A stretch of 61,911 nucleotides of DNA from contig DHCD01000010.1 of NCBI GenBank assembly GCA_002398105.1, positions 55,683 through 117,593 of the forward strand, given 5' to 3'. A program made the position numbers and the translations under genes. Each line of letters begins with the position of its first letter. Position 1 is the first letter of the stretch. The notes beneath the pieces were generated by a model. It searched no databases. It was not told where the DNA came from and saw only the letters and a program-made list of their open reading frames with translations. Positions 1 through 8,968 of the stretch are shown here, in pieces. Source of the DNA: Syntrophomonas sp. UBA4911. Its GTDB lineage: Bacteria; Bacillota; Syntrophomonadia; Syntrophomonadales; Syntrophomonadaceae.

Positions 1-90
1 TTTTATAATGGAAATTATGAGTCCCGGCAGGGAAAGATGGTATGGGAATAGAAAACTACTTTCTGAGGACTTGGCAAAGGGGGAGTGTAG

Positions 91-579
91 GTGCGGCTGG
101 CAGTCTATCCGGGTAGCTTTGACCCGGTTACCAATGGGCATATAGACATCTTGGAAAAAACCAGCAAAATTTTTGATAAAATAATAGTCGCTGTAGTACG
201 CAATGTAAGTAAAGAGGGGTTATTTACACTCGACGAACGAGTAGCATTTATTCGAGAAAGTAGCAGGCACCTGGGTAATATTGAAGTTGAATGCTTCAGC
301 GGGTTACTGGCGAATTATCTCAGTGGTAAAAATGCCTGTGCCATTATCAGGGGACTGAGGACGGTAGCTGATTTTGAGTATGAGATGCATATGGCGATGA
401 TAAATAAGAAGCTCGTATCGGAATTGGATACCATCTTTGTAATGTCGGACCCCAAATATATTTTCGTAAGTTCCAGCATTATCAAAGAAGCCGCCTTACT
501 GGGAGGGGATGTAAGCGGATTGGTTCCAGCGGTGGTGAAGAAGGGACTGGAAGAAAAACGCCAGCAGTTGAATTTGTAA
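91..579 (+). CDS. coaD: Phosphopantetheine adenylyltransferase
   Basis: GTG start after a GGGGGAG RBS. N-terminal YPGSFDPVTNGHIDI matches the nucleotidyltransferase HxGH motif. Length of 162 aa is typical for CoaD. Confidence 0.92.
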   Translation: MRLAVYPGSFDPVTNGHIDILEKTSKIFDKIIVAVVRNVSKEGLFTLDERVAFIRESSRHLGNIEVECFSGLLANYLSGKNACAIIRGLRTVADFEYEMHMAMINKKLVSELDTIFVMSDPKYIFVSSSIIKEAALLGGDVSGLVPAVVKKGLEEKRQQLNL

Positions 580-616
580 AAAAATGGGACTACCGTGCCG
601 GTAGTCCCATTTTTTA
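580..616. terminator. Bidirectional intrinsic terminator between convergent coaD and the 3D-domain gene
   Basis: Hairpin AAAATGGGACTACC / GGTAGTCCCATTTT with a 5-nt loop, flanked by an A-run upstream and a T-run downstream. Confidence 0.7.
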
Positions 617-1234
617 TTAATAGACAGTCACTCGTACTGTTCTGATTCCCCAGTTTAGTGCCTCTTGGTGGGTAGAGAAACAGAGGTCAATCCTGTTCCC
701 TTTAATAGCATTACCCTGATCGGCTGCTATAGCACTGCCATAGCCTTCAATATACAGTCTGCTGCCCATGGGTATTACTTGAGGGTCTACGGCGACTATG
801 CCTTTCTTCAGCGGATAACCGAGGTAAGAAGGTTGGCCGCCATAGGGGTAATTGCATTTTGCGCAGGGACAATATCCGGTTGCTACCAATGAAATGGTTC
901 TGGTTCCGCGGGATGGAACCGAGGCAGGGGAGCTGGAATGCAACCCTAAAGCCTTTTGGGTTTGGGGTCCCACAATACCATCTACGCCCAATCCGGCATC
1001 ACGCTGGAATGTTATTACTGCAGAATGGGTTTTGGAACCGAAAATACCGTCGGCATTTCCGCACCAGTACCCTTTGGCATTGAGGGCTTGCTGTACTTCC
1101 ACTACAGCATTCCCCCGGGAACCTATGGACAGATTAGGATCTGCAGCTACAGCTTGCTGGGCATTTAATAGTATTAGTCCGGTAAAAAACAACGATACCA
1201 TAAAAACGGGCAAAATAATCTTTTTGCTTAGCAT
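617..1234 (-). CDS. Secreted cell-wall protein with a peptidoglycan-binding domain and a C-terminal 3D domain
   Basis: N-terminal signal/TM segment. PG_binding_1-like repeat (GSRGNAVVEVQQALNAKGY...GIFGSKTHSAVITFQRDAGL). C-terminal 3D-type motif (VAVDPQVIPMGSRLYIEGYG...DQGNAIKGNRIDL). AAGGAG RBS. Confidence 0.75.
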   Translation of the reverse strand: MLSKKIILPVFMVSLFFTGLILLNAQQAVAADPNLSIGSRGNAVVEVQQALNAKGYWCGNADGIFGSKTHSAVITFQRDAGLGVDGIVGPQTQKALGLHSSSPASVPSRGTRTISLVATGYCPCAKCNYPYGGQPSYLGYPLKKGIVAVDPQVIPMGSRLYIEGYGSAIAADQGNAIKGNRIDLCFSTHQEALNWGIRTVRVTVY

Positions 1235-1417
1235 AAAGACTCCTTTCTAAACTGTTTTTGTTTCTGGCATAAACTGGTCAGGCATAAATAGCAGTTTAGC
1301 AAGGCAGCAAACCAAATATGGTCCAATTGTAAGCAAGAAGACTAAATGGGACAAACAGGTTATTTTTACTGTGGATGGGATAAGTTAAGCTGAGAACTTA
1401 TTGTCCCGGCAAATAGT

Positions 1418-1447
1418 TTATAAACCATAAAGATACTAAGAGTATCT
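1418..1447 (-). terminator. Possible terminator of the gamma-CA-like gene
   Basis: Palindromic hairpin AGATACT-aag-AGTATCT, followed on the minus strand by UUAUGGUUUAU. Confidence 0.35.
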
Positions 1448-1539
1448 GTCTGATGGTATTATGCGCCAATGAGGGGGCAAACCCGCATAATAAGCAATGA
1501 CAGTCTCCATCCTGCAAGTTAAGGATAATCAAGCTATGA

Positions 1540-2070
1540 TCATTCCGCGATTAATTTTAAATCGTGAATACAGCGCAGTGCTAAATCCTGGTATAATTTC
1601 ACGCCCATTTGGTTATAAATTCTATTTTGCTCATCCAGATCTTTGACTATCCGGGCAGGATTACCCATGGCTACTTTGGATTTAGGTACTGTGCGGCCGG
1701 GAGGAAGCACGCTGCCCGCGGCCAGAAGACTATCGCTTTCCAGTTCACAGCCGGAAGATATTATGGCGCCCATGCCGACCGTAACATTTTGCTGCACCAG
1801 GCAGGGACCGTGAACTATGGCGCTATGACCTATAAGGCTGTTTTCTTCAATTATGGCTATGGTTTCCGGTTCCGAGTGAATAATACAGTTTTCCTGGATA
1901 TTGGTGCCGTCGCCGATAACGATTTTCCCATAATCACCCCTTATTACTGCGCCGGCGCCAATGTAGCATCGCTCTCCCAGTTCCACTTCACCGATTATTA
2001 CCGCCTGCGGATGAATAAAACAGTCTTTTCCTATCACGGGACGCTTTCCCTCAAACTCATAAATGGGCAT
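1540..2070 (-). CDS. Gamma carbonic anhydrase family / hexapeptide-repeat protein
   Basis: Left-handed beta-helix hexapeptide repeats (IHPQAVIIGEVELGERCYIGAGAVIRGD...). About 176 aa, typical of the YrdA/PaaY family. Confidence 0.8.
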   Translation of the reverse strand: MPIYEFEGKRPVIGKDCFIHPQAVIIGEVELGERCYIGAGAVIRGDYGKIVIGDGTNIQENCIIHSEPETIAIIEENSLIGHSAIVHGPCLVQQNVTVGMGAIISSGCELESDSLLAAGSVLPPGRTVPKSKVAMGNPARIVKDLDEQNRIYNQMGVKLYQDLALRCIHDLKLIAE

Positions 2071-2311
2071 GCTTTAACTTCCTCCGATCATTATAGTCTT
2101 TAAACACAACAAGAGCCGTTTCCGGGATTAAGTGCGGAGTAAAGCGGCGGATTGCGGATTTAAACCGTTGCCGCATAACTTATTCCTTTTTTTATAATTA
2201 TAAGACATTTTGTCATCTCTGCCTCAATATTCATTAAAAGCAGGATTCTATTTTGAAACCGGCGGATTTCTGGGTATAATTACTAGAGAAACAGATAGAA
2301 AGGTATGCTGT

Positions 2312-3199
2312 ATGATTACGAAAGATTATTTGCTCAAAGCTATGGATAAAGATAAGATGGTGAGAATCAATATAGCCCATACTACTGCTCTGGTGGAGGA
2401 AGCTCATAGCCGTCATGACACCTCGGCAACCGCTTCGGCTGCTCTGGGACGAGTTTTAACCGCTGCACTCCTGATGGGCAGTGATCTGAAAAATGAACAG
2501 GATGCTCTTACTTTAAGGATTAACGGGGATGGACCGGGGGGGCCTATTGTGGCGACGGTTGACTCGCATGGCCATGGGCGCGGTTTCATCTCCAACCCGC
2601 ATGCCGATTTACCGTCCCGCCATCCGGGAAAATTGGCGGTGGGGGAACTGGTAGGACGCAATGGATATCTGGAAGTTATCAGAGACACGGGAATGAAGCA
2701 ACCCTTTATAGGCCGGGTAAACCTGGTAAGCGGGGAGATTGCGGAAGACCTGACCAGTTACTTTCTTCTGTCAGAGCAGATCCCTGCGCTGGTTGCACTG
2801 GGGGTGCTGGTCGACACCGATATAAGTGTCAAAGCGGCGGGGGGGCTGATAGTGCAGGCCCTGCCAGGGGCGCAGGATGCTGTTCTGGAAAGATTGGAAA
2901 ACAATATCCTGAGCCTGAACAGTATCAGTGACATTATGGCCCGAAGTCAAGATCTGGAGTCGGTTTTGAAAACTTTGACGGGTGATAGGGGCTACGATAT
3001 CATCGGACAAAGCCCCTTGGCTTTCCGCTGTACCTGTGACCGAGAACGGCTGGCGATTATACTGGCTAATCTTTCCCGGGAAGAATTGGAGAAAACAGCT
3101 GAACCGACAGGAAAACTGGAGGTAACATGCAATTTTTGCGGTGAAGTTTACCATTATGATTGGATGGAAATTGAAGATTGGAAAAAACAAAAGCCTTAG
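2312..3199 (+). CDS. hslO: Hsp33 family redox-regulated chaperone
   Basis: C-terminal zinc/redox switch CTCDRE...CNFCG. The internal ATG at 2312 gives about 295 aa, typical for Hsp33. The upstream part of the ORF has no family resemblance. Confidence 0.85.
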   Translation: MITKDYLLKAMDKDKMVRINIAHTTALVEEAHSRHDTSATASAALGRVLTAALLMGSDLKNEQDALTLRINGDGPGGPIVATVDSHGHGRGFISNPHADLPSRHPGKLAVGELVGRNGYLEVIRDTGMKQPFIGRVNLVSGEIAEDLTSYFLLSEQIPALVALGVLVDTDISVKAAGGLIVQALPGAQDAVLERLENNILSLNSISDIMARSQDLESVLKTLTGDRGYDIIGQSPLAFRCTCDRERLAIILANLSREELEKTAEPTGKLEVTCNFCGEVYHYDWMEIEDWKKQKP

Positions 3200-3213
3200 A
3201 TTTTTATCTAAGG
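3194..3213. terminator. Hairpin between convergent hslO and rpmB
   Basis: CCTTAGAT-tttt-ATCTAAGG, an 8-bp stem that overlaps the hslO stop codon. Confidence 0.45.
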
Positions 3214-3221
3214 CCCGGGAG

Positions 3222-3410
3222 CTATATTGCCCTTTGTACTTTACCTGACCGCAAACAGCGGCTGCAAACGTACATCTTTTTAACAGTTCCATCAGCTATT
3301 ACCTTAACCCGTTGTACATTTGGCTTCCACTGGCGGTTGGTTCTTATATGGGAGTGGCTATATTTTTTGCCGAAGGTTACGCTTTTCCCGCAGATTTCAC
3401 ATTTTGCCAT
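3222..3410 (-). CDS. rpmB: 50S ribosomal protein L28
   Basis: 62 aa. MAKCEICGK...RTNRQWKPNVQRVK is the canonical L28 sequence. Confidence 0.92.
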   Translation of the reverse strand: MAKCEICGKSVTFGKKYSHSHIRTNRQWKPNVQRVKVIADGTVKKMYVCSRCLRSGKVQRAI

Positions 3411-3534
3411 TAATTCTGCCCCCTCTCAATCAAGTGCACTTAAATATTCTACCAGAAGGACTGGCAAAGGGCAAGAAGCAGGAATAAATATTGGCTTGTA
3501 GAATAAACAATTTTATTAACAGGAGGGAAAGAGC

Positions 3535-3897
3535 ATGTACAGTATAAAAACAAATGAGCTGGGGAATATCACGGTAGAAAAAGAAGTGGTAGAAACCCTG
3601 GCTGGTCTGGCGGCTATGGACTGTTATGGGCTGGTAGGCATGGTGGCTCAGGATATCCAATCAGGCCTCAGCAGCATCCTGGGCCTTGAATCAATCCGTA
3701 AAGGGGTTTCCGTACGGAGCTCTGAGGATGGACTAATTATTGATGTATATGTTATAGTCGGATATGGTGTAAAGATCAAGGAAGTGGCCTACAATGTGAT
3801 GCAGAAGGTTACCTATTTCTTGAGCAATAATGCCGGCCTCAATGTTGCTAAAGTTAATGTCAATGTCAAAGGAGTAAGGGTCCTAGGAGAGAAATAG
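3535..3897 (+). CDS. Asp23/Gls24 family envelope stress protein
   Basis: 120 aa. LGNITVEKEVVETLAGLAAMDCYGLVGM is typical of Asp23. Sits in the conserved position upstream of the DAK2 gene. AGGAGGG RBS. Confidence 0.85.
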   Translation: MYSIKTNELGNITVEKEVVETLAGLAAMDCYGLVGMVAQDIQSGLSSILGLESIRKGVSVRSSEDGLIIDVYVIVGYGVKIKEVAYNVMQKVTYFLSNNAGLNVAKVNVNVKGVRVLGEK

Positions 3898-3913
3898 GGG
3901 AGGATAATGCATT

Positions 3914-5548
3914 TTGAGTTTGGTCTATATTGATGGGAATGATCTGGTCAGAAGCATTAAAGCAGGTTGTATCAAGCTGGAACATAATCGGGACAGTGTG
4001 GATCTGCTGAACGTGTTCCCGGTACCTGATGGCGATACCGGAACCAATATGTATCTGACCTTGTTGTCGGCCGTAAAGGAAGGCGAAAAAAATCTTAATC
4101 AACCTCTCAGTAAGGTGGCCAGAGCTGTTTCGATGGGGTCTTTGATGGGAGCCCGGGGTAATTCCGGGGTTATTCTCTCCCAGATTTTCCGAGGCTTCGC
4201 CCGTACCTTGGAAGGTAAGGAAAAAGCCGGGGCGATGGATCTGGCATTGGCTCTCAAATCAGGGTCGCAGACTGCCTATGAGGCAGTTATGAAGCCGGTA
4301 GAGGGCACTATACTTACGGTAATACGAGAGATAGCCCTGGCTTGTGAAAACGAGGCACGCAAGGACAGTGATATTGTTGCCACCCTGTTGGCAGGTATAG
4401 CTACCGGTTACAGTACTCTGGAAAAGACTCCGTCTTTATTGCCTATTTTAAAAGAGGCAGGAGTAGTGGATGCAGGGGGGCAGGGGCTGATCTATTTCCT
4501 GGAGGGCGTAGTAGAAGGACTGGCTCAGGAAAAGGAGATAGAATTAAGCGGTTATCGGGAAAAGATGGCTCCAGCGGCAGGAGAGAGAGTAAATAAGGAG
4601 GATATTAAGCTTGAGTTTCAGTATTGTACCGAGGTTCTGATCAAGGGCGGGGATATGACCGTGGACGATATCAAGGATCACCTCCGGCCATTGGGAGACT
4701 CTATGCTGGTAGTTGGAGACGAGGAACTGGTTAAGGTTCATATCCATTCCAACCACCCCGGTAAGGTGCTGGAAACCTGTCTGCAATGGGGGCAATTAAG
4801 CGATATCAAGGTGAATAATATGCTGGAAGAGGTTCATGAGCATATTAACAACTGGGATAACATTTCCCTGGCGGTAAACTCCAACCCGGCCAAAAAGTTG
4901 GGCCTGGTTGCGGTAGGTGTAGGCGAGGGGATTATAGAGGTACTGAAAAGCCTGGGTGTTGATGAGGTGGTTGAAGGCGGACAGACTATGAATCCCAGTA
5001 CTGAAGATCTGTTGAATGCCTGCAACGAGGTTAATGCCGAGTCAGTTATAATTTTTCCCAATAACAGCAATATAATCATGGCAGCGCAGCAGGTAGTGGA
5101 ACTCTGTGATAAACAGGTGATGGTGGTTCCCAGTAAATCTGTAATGCAGGCCATCACCGCGCTGATAGCCTATGATCCGGCAGGAGAGATAGCCGAAATT
5201 GCCGCCGCCATGATAGAAGAGATGGAAGAGGTTAAATATGCCGAAGTAACCTATGCCGTTAGGAATTCAACCATAAATGGACTCACTATAAACGAGGGCG
5301 ACATCATTGGTATCTTAGGTGATGAGATTACGGTCACCAGCAGCAGTCCGGAAGATGCTCTTCTGAAGCTGTTGGAGTTAATGGTGACCAAAGACAGCAG
5401 TCTGATTACCTTTTTCTATGGCGATGATACTGATGAGGCTGATGCTGTCAAGATCAGGGATGTCATAGCGGAACACTACTCTGATTGTGATGTGGAATAC
5501 CATTATGGCGGCCAACCCCATTATAGTTATCTGGTATCGGTAGAGTAA
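3914..5548 (+). CDS. DAK2 domain-containing protein (YloV family)
   Basis: TTG start after a GGGGAGG RBS. DAK2 motif VPDGDTGTNM plus a DegV-like C-terminal half. Synteny asp23-yloV-recG. Confidence 0.85.
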   Translation: MSLVYIDGNDLVRSIKAGCIKLEHNRDSVDLLNVFPVPDGDTGTNMYLTLLSAVKEGEKNLNQPLSKVARAVSMGSLMGARGNSGVILSQIFRGFARTLEGKEKAGAMDLALALKSGSQTAYEAVMKPVEGTILTVIREIALACENEARKDSDIVATLLAGIATGYSTLEKTPSLLPILKEAGVVDAGGQGLIYFLEGVVEGLAQEKEIELSGYREKMAPAAGERVNKEDIKLEFQYCTEVLIKGGDMTVDDIKDHLRPLGDSMLVVGDEELVKVHIHSNHPGKVLETCLQWGQLSDIKVNNMLEEVHEHINNWDNISLAVNSNPAKKLGLVAVGVGEGIIEVLKSLGVDEVVEGGQTMNPSTEDLLNACNEVNAESVIIFPNNSNIIMAAQQVVELCDKQVMVVPSKSVMQAITALIAYDPAGEIAEIAAAMIEEMEEVKYAEVTYAVRNSTINGLTINEGDIIGILGDEITVTSSSPEDALLKLLELMVTKDSSLITFFYGDDTDEADAVKIRDVIAEHYSDCDVEYHYGGQPHYSYLVSVE

Positions 5549-5576
5549 AAACCGGCTGCTGTTACTGGTTATTAAA

Positions 5577-5606
5577 GGCAGAAAATTGGGTGTTTTCTGC
5601 CTTTTT
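5577..5606 (+). terminator. Intrinsic terminator/attenuator after yloV
   Basis: GGCAGAAAA-ttgggtg-TTTTCTGCC followed by TTTTT. Confidence 0.6.
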
Positions 5607-5626
5607 CAAATATCCGGGAGGTTTTT

Positions 5627-7663
5627 ATGGACAGGCTCTTACGTGACCTGCAGTATATAAAAGGAGTGGGCCCCAAAAGAAGCAGGCAATTACAGCGCTT
5701 AGGGCTTAATTCTGTTTTTGACCTGCTGTGGAATATTCCCAGGGCTTATTTTAATCGGAGCAGTACCACCCGCATTGCCGGTTTGCAGAATGGTCAACCG
5801 GCAAATATCAGGGGAAAGGTCGGTCTTACTAAAACCAGCCGCAGCCGTGGCGGCATGGTTATTTTTAAGGCTCTGGTGCAGGATCAGTCAGGAGCGGCTA
5901 CAGCGGTTTGGTTTAATCAGCCCTTTATGACCGAAATCATAAAAACCGGTCAGGAGGTTTTCCTGAGCGGCAGAGCCAGATTATCGTATGAGGGCATCCA
6001 ACTGCAGGTAAGCGAATACGAGGTAATCACCGATGAAGATTCCCATTCTCCGATATTACCAATATATAGTCTTACCGAAGGCCTCAGCCAGAAATTAATA
6101 CGTAGTCTCACCCTCACCAGTTTGCGGGAATATATGGACTTTTATCCCGAAATTTTGAATGAAGAGTTAAAGCGGAAATATAAACTCTGCTCCATAGAAT
6201 ATGCTTTCAATAATATACACTTTCCCGACAGCCGGGAGGCATATCGGCAGGCCCGAAGACGGCTGGCATTGGAGGAATTGCTGCTGTTTCAGCTTCAGCT
6301 GGAAAAGGCCGAAAGGGGGGCGGCCGCCTCAGAGTATATAATACATAAGGAAAAAAGCAAACTGGTGGACAAGATCGCAGACGATCTTCCCTTCAAGCTT
6401 ACCCCGGCCCAACGGCGGGTGGTGGGAGAAATATTTGCGGATATGGAAGCGCCCCGGCCCATGAATCGCCTGCTTCAAGGCGATGTGGGGGCGGGCAAAA
6501 CTATAGTGGCGGCTCTGGCCATGGCTAAGGCTGTGGCCAGTGGTTTTCAAGCCGCCATTATGGCTCCTACGGAAATTCTGGCTGAGCAGCATTACCTGAC
6601 GATGGATAAAATTTTTACTGCTCAAAGGGTGATCGTTGCTCACCTGACTGGAGGCACTTCTGCCGGTGAGCGCCGTTTAATACTGGAAGCAATTAAAAAT
6701 GGGAAGATAGATATTCTGGTCGGTACTCATGCCTTGATTCAGGCTGATATAGAGTTTGCCTCCCTGGGGCTGGTGGTCATAGATGAACAGCACCGCTTTG
6801 GGGTGCGGCAAAGGGCGGCATTGAGCCGTAAGGGGGCGGCTCCCGACGTTTTAGTCATGACTGCCACCCCCATACCCAGAACTCTGGCTTTAACCGTATA
6901 TGGTGATCTGAGCCTGTCGGTAATAGACCAGTTGCCGCCGGGGCGCAAAACGGTTAAAACCCGGCTGGTGAAGCCGGAGTATCGCCTCCGGGTTTACCGG
7001 TATGTCCAGGAGCAGGTGACCGGAGGGGCTCAGGCCTATGTGGTCTGTCCCCTGGTAGAAGAATCGGAAAAGCAGGATCTGCAGGCAGCAGTATCGCTTT
7101 ATGAAGAATTGCAGGCCCGCCTGCTTCCGGATCTAAATGTGGGACTCATTCACGGCCGCCTGAAGCCGATGGAGAAAGAAATGGCCATGCGGATGTTCAA
7201 ACAGGGCCAGATCCAGGTTCTGGTTTCCACCAGTGTGATTGAAGTTGGAGTAGACGTTCCCAATGCTTCTGTAATGGTTATCGAACAGGCGGAGCGGTTT
7301 GGGCTTTCTCAGCTACATCAGCTGCGGGGGCGGGTAGGCCGGGGACGGCTGCAATCCTATTGCTTTTTGATCGCCGATCCCCAGAAGGAAGAAGCGGTTC
7401 AGAGGCTCCAGGCTATAGAAAGAACTGCGGACGGATTTCAACTGGCGGAAGAAGACTTGAAGATACGGGGCCCAGGTGAGTTTTGGGGGATAAAACAGCA
7501 CGGACTGGATGGGCTTAAAGCGGCTAATTTAATTAAAGACCAGAAGCTGGTGGAGATAAGCCGGCAGTTATCCCGGGAGTTTATACCCCATCATGATGAT
7601 AGGTTAATCGAAAAGTATATAAATTTAAAATTTAATAAATCCAATCAGGTGGCGCCTAATTAA
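5627..7663 (+). CDS. recG: ATP-dependent DNA helicase RecG
   Basis: 678 aa. Wedge/OB domain followed by Walker A GDVGAGKT, a DEQH box (VIDEQHRFG) and helicase motif VI (QLHQLRGRVGRG). Confidence 0.94.
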   Translation: MDRLLRDLQYIKGVGPKRSRQLQRLGLNSVFDLLWNIPRAYFNRSSTTRIAGLQNGQPANIRGKVGLTKTSRSRGGMVIFKALVQDQSGAATAVWFNQPFMTEIIKTGQEVFLSGRARLSYEGIQLQVSEYEVITDEDSHSPILPIYSLTEGLSQKLIRSLTLTSLREYMDFYPEILNEELKRKYKLCSIEYAFNNIHFPDSREAYRQARRRLALEELLLFQLQLEKAERGAAASEYIIHKEKSKLVDKIADDLPFKLTPAQRRVVGEIFADMEAPRPMNRLLQGDVGAGKTIVAALAMAKAVASGFQAAIMAPTEILAEQHYLTMDKIFTAQRVIVAHLTGGTSAGERRLILEAIKNGKIDILVGTHALIQADIEFASLGLVVIDEQHRFGVRQRAALSRKGAAPDVLVMTATPIPRTLALTVYGDLSLSVIDQLPPGRKTVKTRLVKPEYRLRVYRYVQEQVTGGAQAYVVCPLVEESEKQDLQAAVSLYEELQARLLPDLNVGLIHGRLKPMEKEMAMRMFKQGQIQVLVSTSVIEVGVDVPNASVMVIEQAERFGLSQLHQLRGRVGRGRLQSYCFLIADPQKEEAVQRLQAIERTADGFQLAEEDLKIRGPGEFWGIKQHGLDGLKAANLIKDQKLVEISRQLSREFIPHHDDRLIEKYINLKFNKSNQVAPN

Positions 7664-7711
7664 TTGCATAAATCTGTTTAAATAAATTAACTTAAAATTA
7701 TAAATGATAAT

Positions 7712-7738
7712 ACTGCGGAAAGATTTCGCAGTTTTTTT
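7712..7738 (+). terminator. Intrinsic terminator after recG
   Basis: ACTGCG-gaaagattt-CGCAGT followed by TTTTTTT. Confidence 0.6.
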
Positions 7739-7764
7739 ATTTATAGCTTAGGAGGTTACGAACT

Positions 7765-7887
7765 ATGAAGGATAAGAAGCAAAAGAATACCGAGGTTGAG
7801 CGGCTTAAGTTTGAAGTAGCACAGGAATGCGGCCTTGCTGCGTCCAATAAGTCCAAGGATGACAAGAAAAAAATTAAAAAGTCTTGA
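7765..7887 (+). CDS. 40-aa SASP-like mini-protein (candidate)
   Basis: Not in the ORF track because it is under 60 aa. GGAGG RBS lies 9 nt upstream of the ATG. Product: MKDKKQKNTEVERLKFEVAQECGLAASNKSKDDKKKIKKS. The LKFEVAQECG segment aligns with the conserved KFE-xAxE-G core of alpha/beta SASPs. Confidence 0.4.
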   Translation: MKDKKQKNTEVERLKFEVAQECGLAASNKSKDDKKKIKKS

Positions 7888-7959
7888 AAATACTTCTAGC
7901 ATATTAGAGCCGGAGCGGGAAAAAATAAGACTACACCAGGTGAAGGAGGTGAATTTTAA

Positions 7960-8223
7960 ATGGCAACTAACAGCAATCAGATTTTGGTTCCTCAGGCCAA
8001 AGCAGCTATGGATCAGTTTAAATTTGAATCTGCTCAGGAAGTAGGTGTAAACCTGAAACAGGGTTACAATGGCGACCTCACTTCCCGCCAGGCTGGAAGC
8101 ATAGGTGGACAGATGGTCAAGAAAATGATCTATGATTACCAGCAGAGGGTAGCCGGTGGACAGCAGGGCCTGGGCATGACTCAAGACCTGAACTCCATCA
8201 AGCAGCAGAATCAGCAGTACTAA
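7960..8223 (+). CDS. Alpha/beta-type small acid-soluble spore protein
   Basis: 87 aa. LVPQAKAAMDQFKFESAQEVGVNL...TSRQAGSIGGQMVKKM matches both conserved SASP blocks. GAAGGAGGTG RBS. Confidence 0.88.
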   Translation: MATNSNQILVPQAKAAMDQFKFESAQEVGVNLKQGYNGDLTSRQAGSIGGQMVKKMIYDYQQRVAGGQQGLGMTQDLNSIKQQNQQY

Positions 8224-8253
8224 TATTACCTGAACTCTAATCATACTATGGTT

Positions 8254-8285
8254 AACAAGCGGATTTTATATATCCGCTTGTTTTC
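8254..8285 (+). terminator. Intrinsic terminator after the SASP gene
   Basis: AACAAGCGGA-ttttatata-TCCGCTTGTT followed by TTT. Confidence 0.65.
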
Positions 8286-8288
8286 ATA

Positions 8289-8434
8289 TTAACCGCCCAT
8301 GACCGGAGCGCCGTGACCAAGAATGAAAATAGACCTACGGTTTCGCTAGTTTTTGACGCGGCATTCAGGGAATTTAGAAGGAAGAACGCGGAAGAGACTT
8401 AATAAATTCCGCGTCTTTTCCATAAATCTACGTC
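8289..8434 (+). repeat. Dispersed intergenic repeat, copy A
   Basis: The reverse complement of 41566-41738 aligns over the whole element. In the 59-nt core CCTACGGTTTCGCTAGTTTTTGACGCGGCATTCAGGGAATTTAGAAGGAAGAACGCGGA, the copies differ by 3 substitutions and 1 indel. Confidence 0.75.
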
Positions 8435-8547
8435 TATTCTTTATTTAGACGATATGCTTATGGGCTATTTCCCCAATTTATAGGTTTATCGGAATTCAAT
8501 AAAGGCTTATGATATAAACATAATTAAAATTAGGGAGACAATGGATA

Positions 8548-8949
8548 GTGGTTCAAATTGCTCAATTAGCAACCGGTTCTTATTGGCAGCACATGGGGAT
8601 GAAAATCGTCGAAGGCAATGATGGAAAGAGCAGGGTTGCTCTGGAAATAACGGATGATCTGCTGCAAATCTATGGAAATGTTCATGGGGGAGTTTTAGCC
8701 GGCCTTTTGGATTCCGCCATCGCCATTGCTGTCAATCAGAAACTGGAGGATAACAAAGGCGCCTCAACGGTGGAAATGAAGCTGAATTACCTGCGCCCCG
8801 CCAATAAGGGAACACTGTACGGGGAAGGAGAAGTTATCCAAAAAGGTAATAAAATTATTGTCGGCCGGGGCGAAATCAAAGACGCCGCCGGCCGACTGGT
8901 AGCCTTGGGTACGGCTACTTTCATGGTTACCGGGCTGATCGCAAAATAA
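8548..8949 (+). CDS. PaaI/hotdog-fold thioesterase
   Basis: 133 aa. HGGVLAGLLDSA and the rest of the PaaI-type hotdog pattern are present. GTG start after GGGAGA. Confidence 0.75.
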   Translation: MVQIAQLATGSYWQHMGMKIVEGNDGKSRVALEITDDLLQIYGNVHGGVLAGLLDSAIAIAVNQKLEDNKGASTVEMKLNYLRPANKGTLYGEGEVIQKGNKIIVGRGEIKDAAGRLVALGTATFMVTGLIAK

Positions 8950-8968
8950 ATTCCGTCCAGACAGAAGT

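Noticed and set aside
1235-1539. Possible c-di-AMP (ydaO-type) riboswitch in the 300-nt leader of the 3D-domain cell-wall gene.
   Set aside because: Such genes are often ydaO-regulated. The minus-strand leader, however, lacks the conserved cores (GCGGGGGACCCA, GGGGUGAAUC, CCCGAAUCC..GCUAACC). I found only generic hairpins. A cmsearch with RF00379 would be needed to be sure.
7756-8244. 162-aa minus-strand ORF covering both SASP genes.
   Set aside because: It is antisense to a canonical SASP gene that has an RBS and terminator. Its product is leucine/isoleucine-rich and low in complexity, with no RBS. It is a typical shadow ORF.
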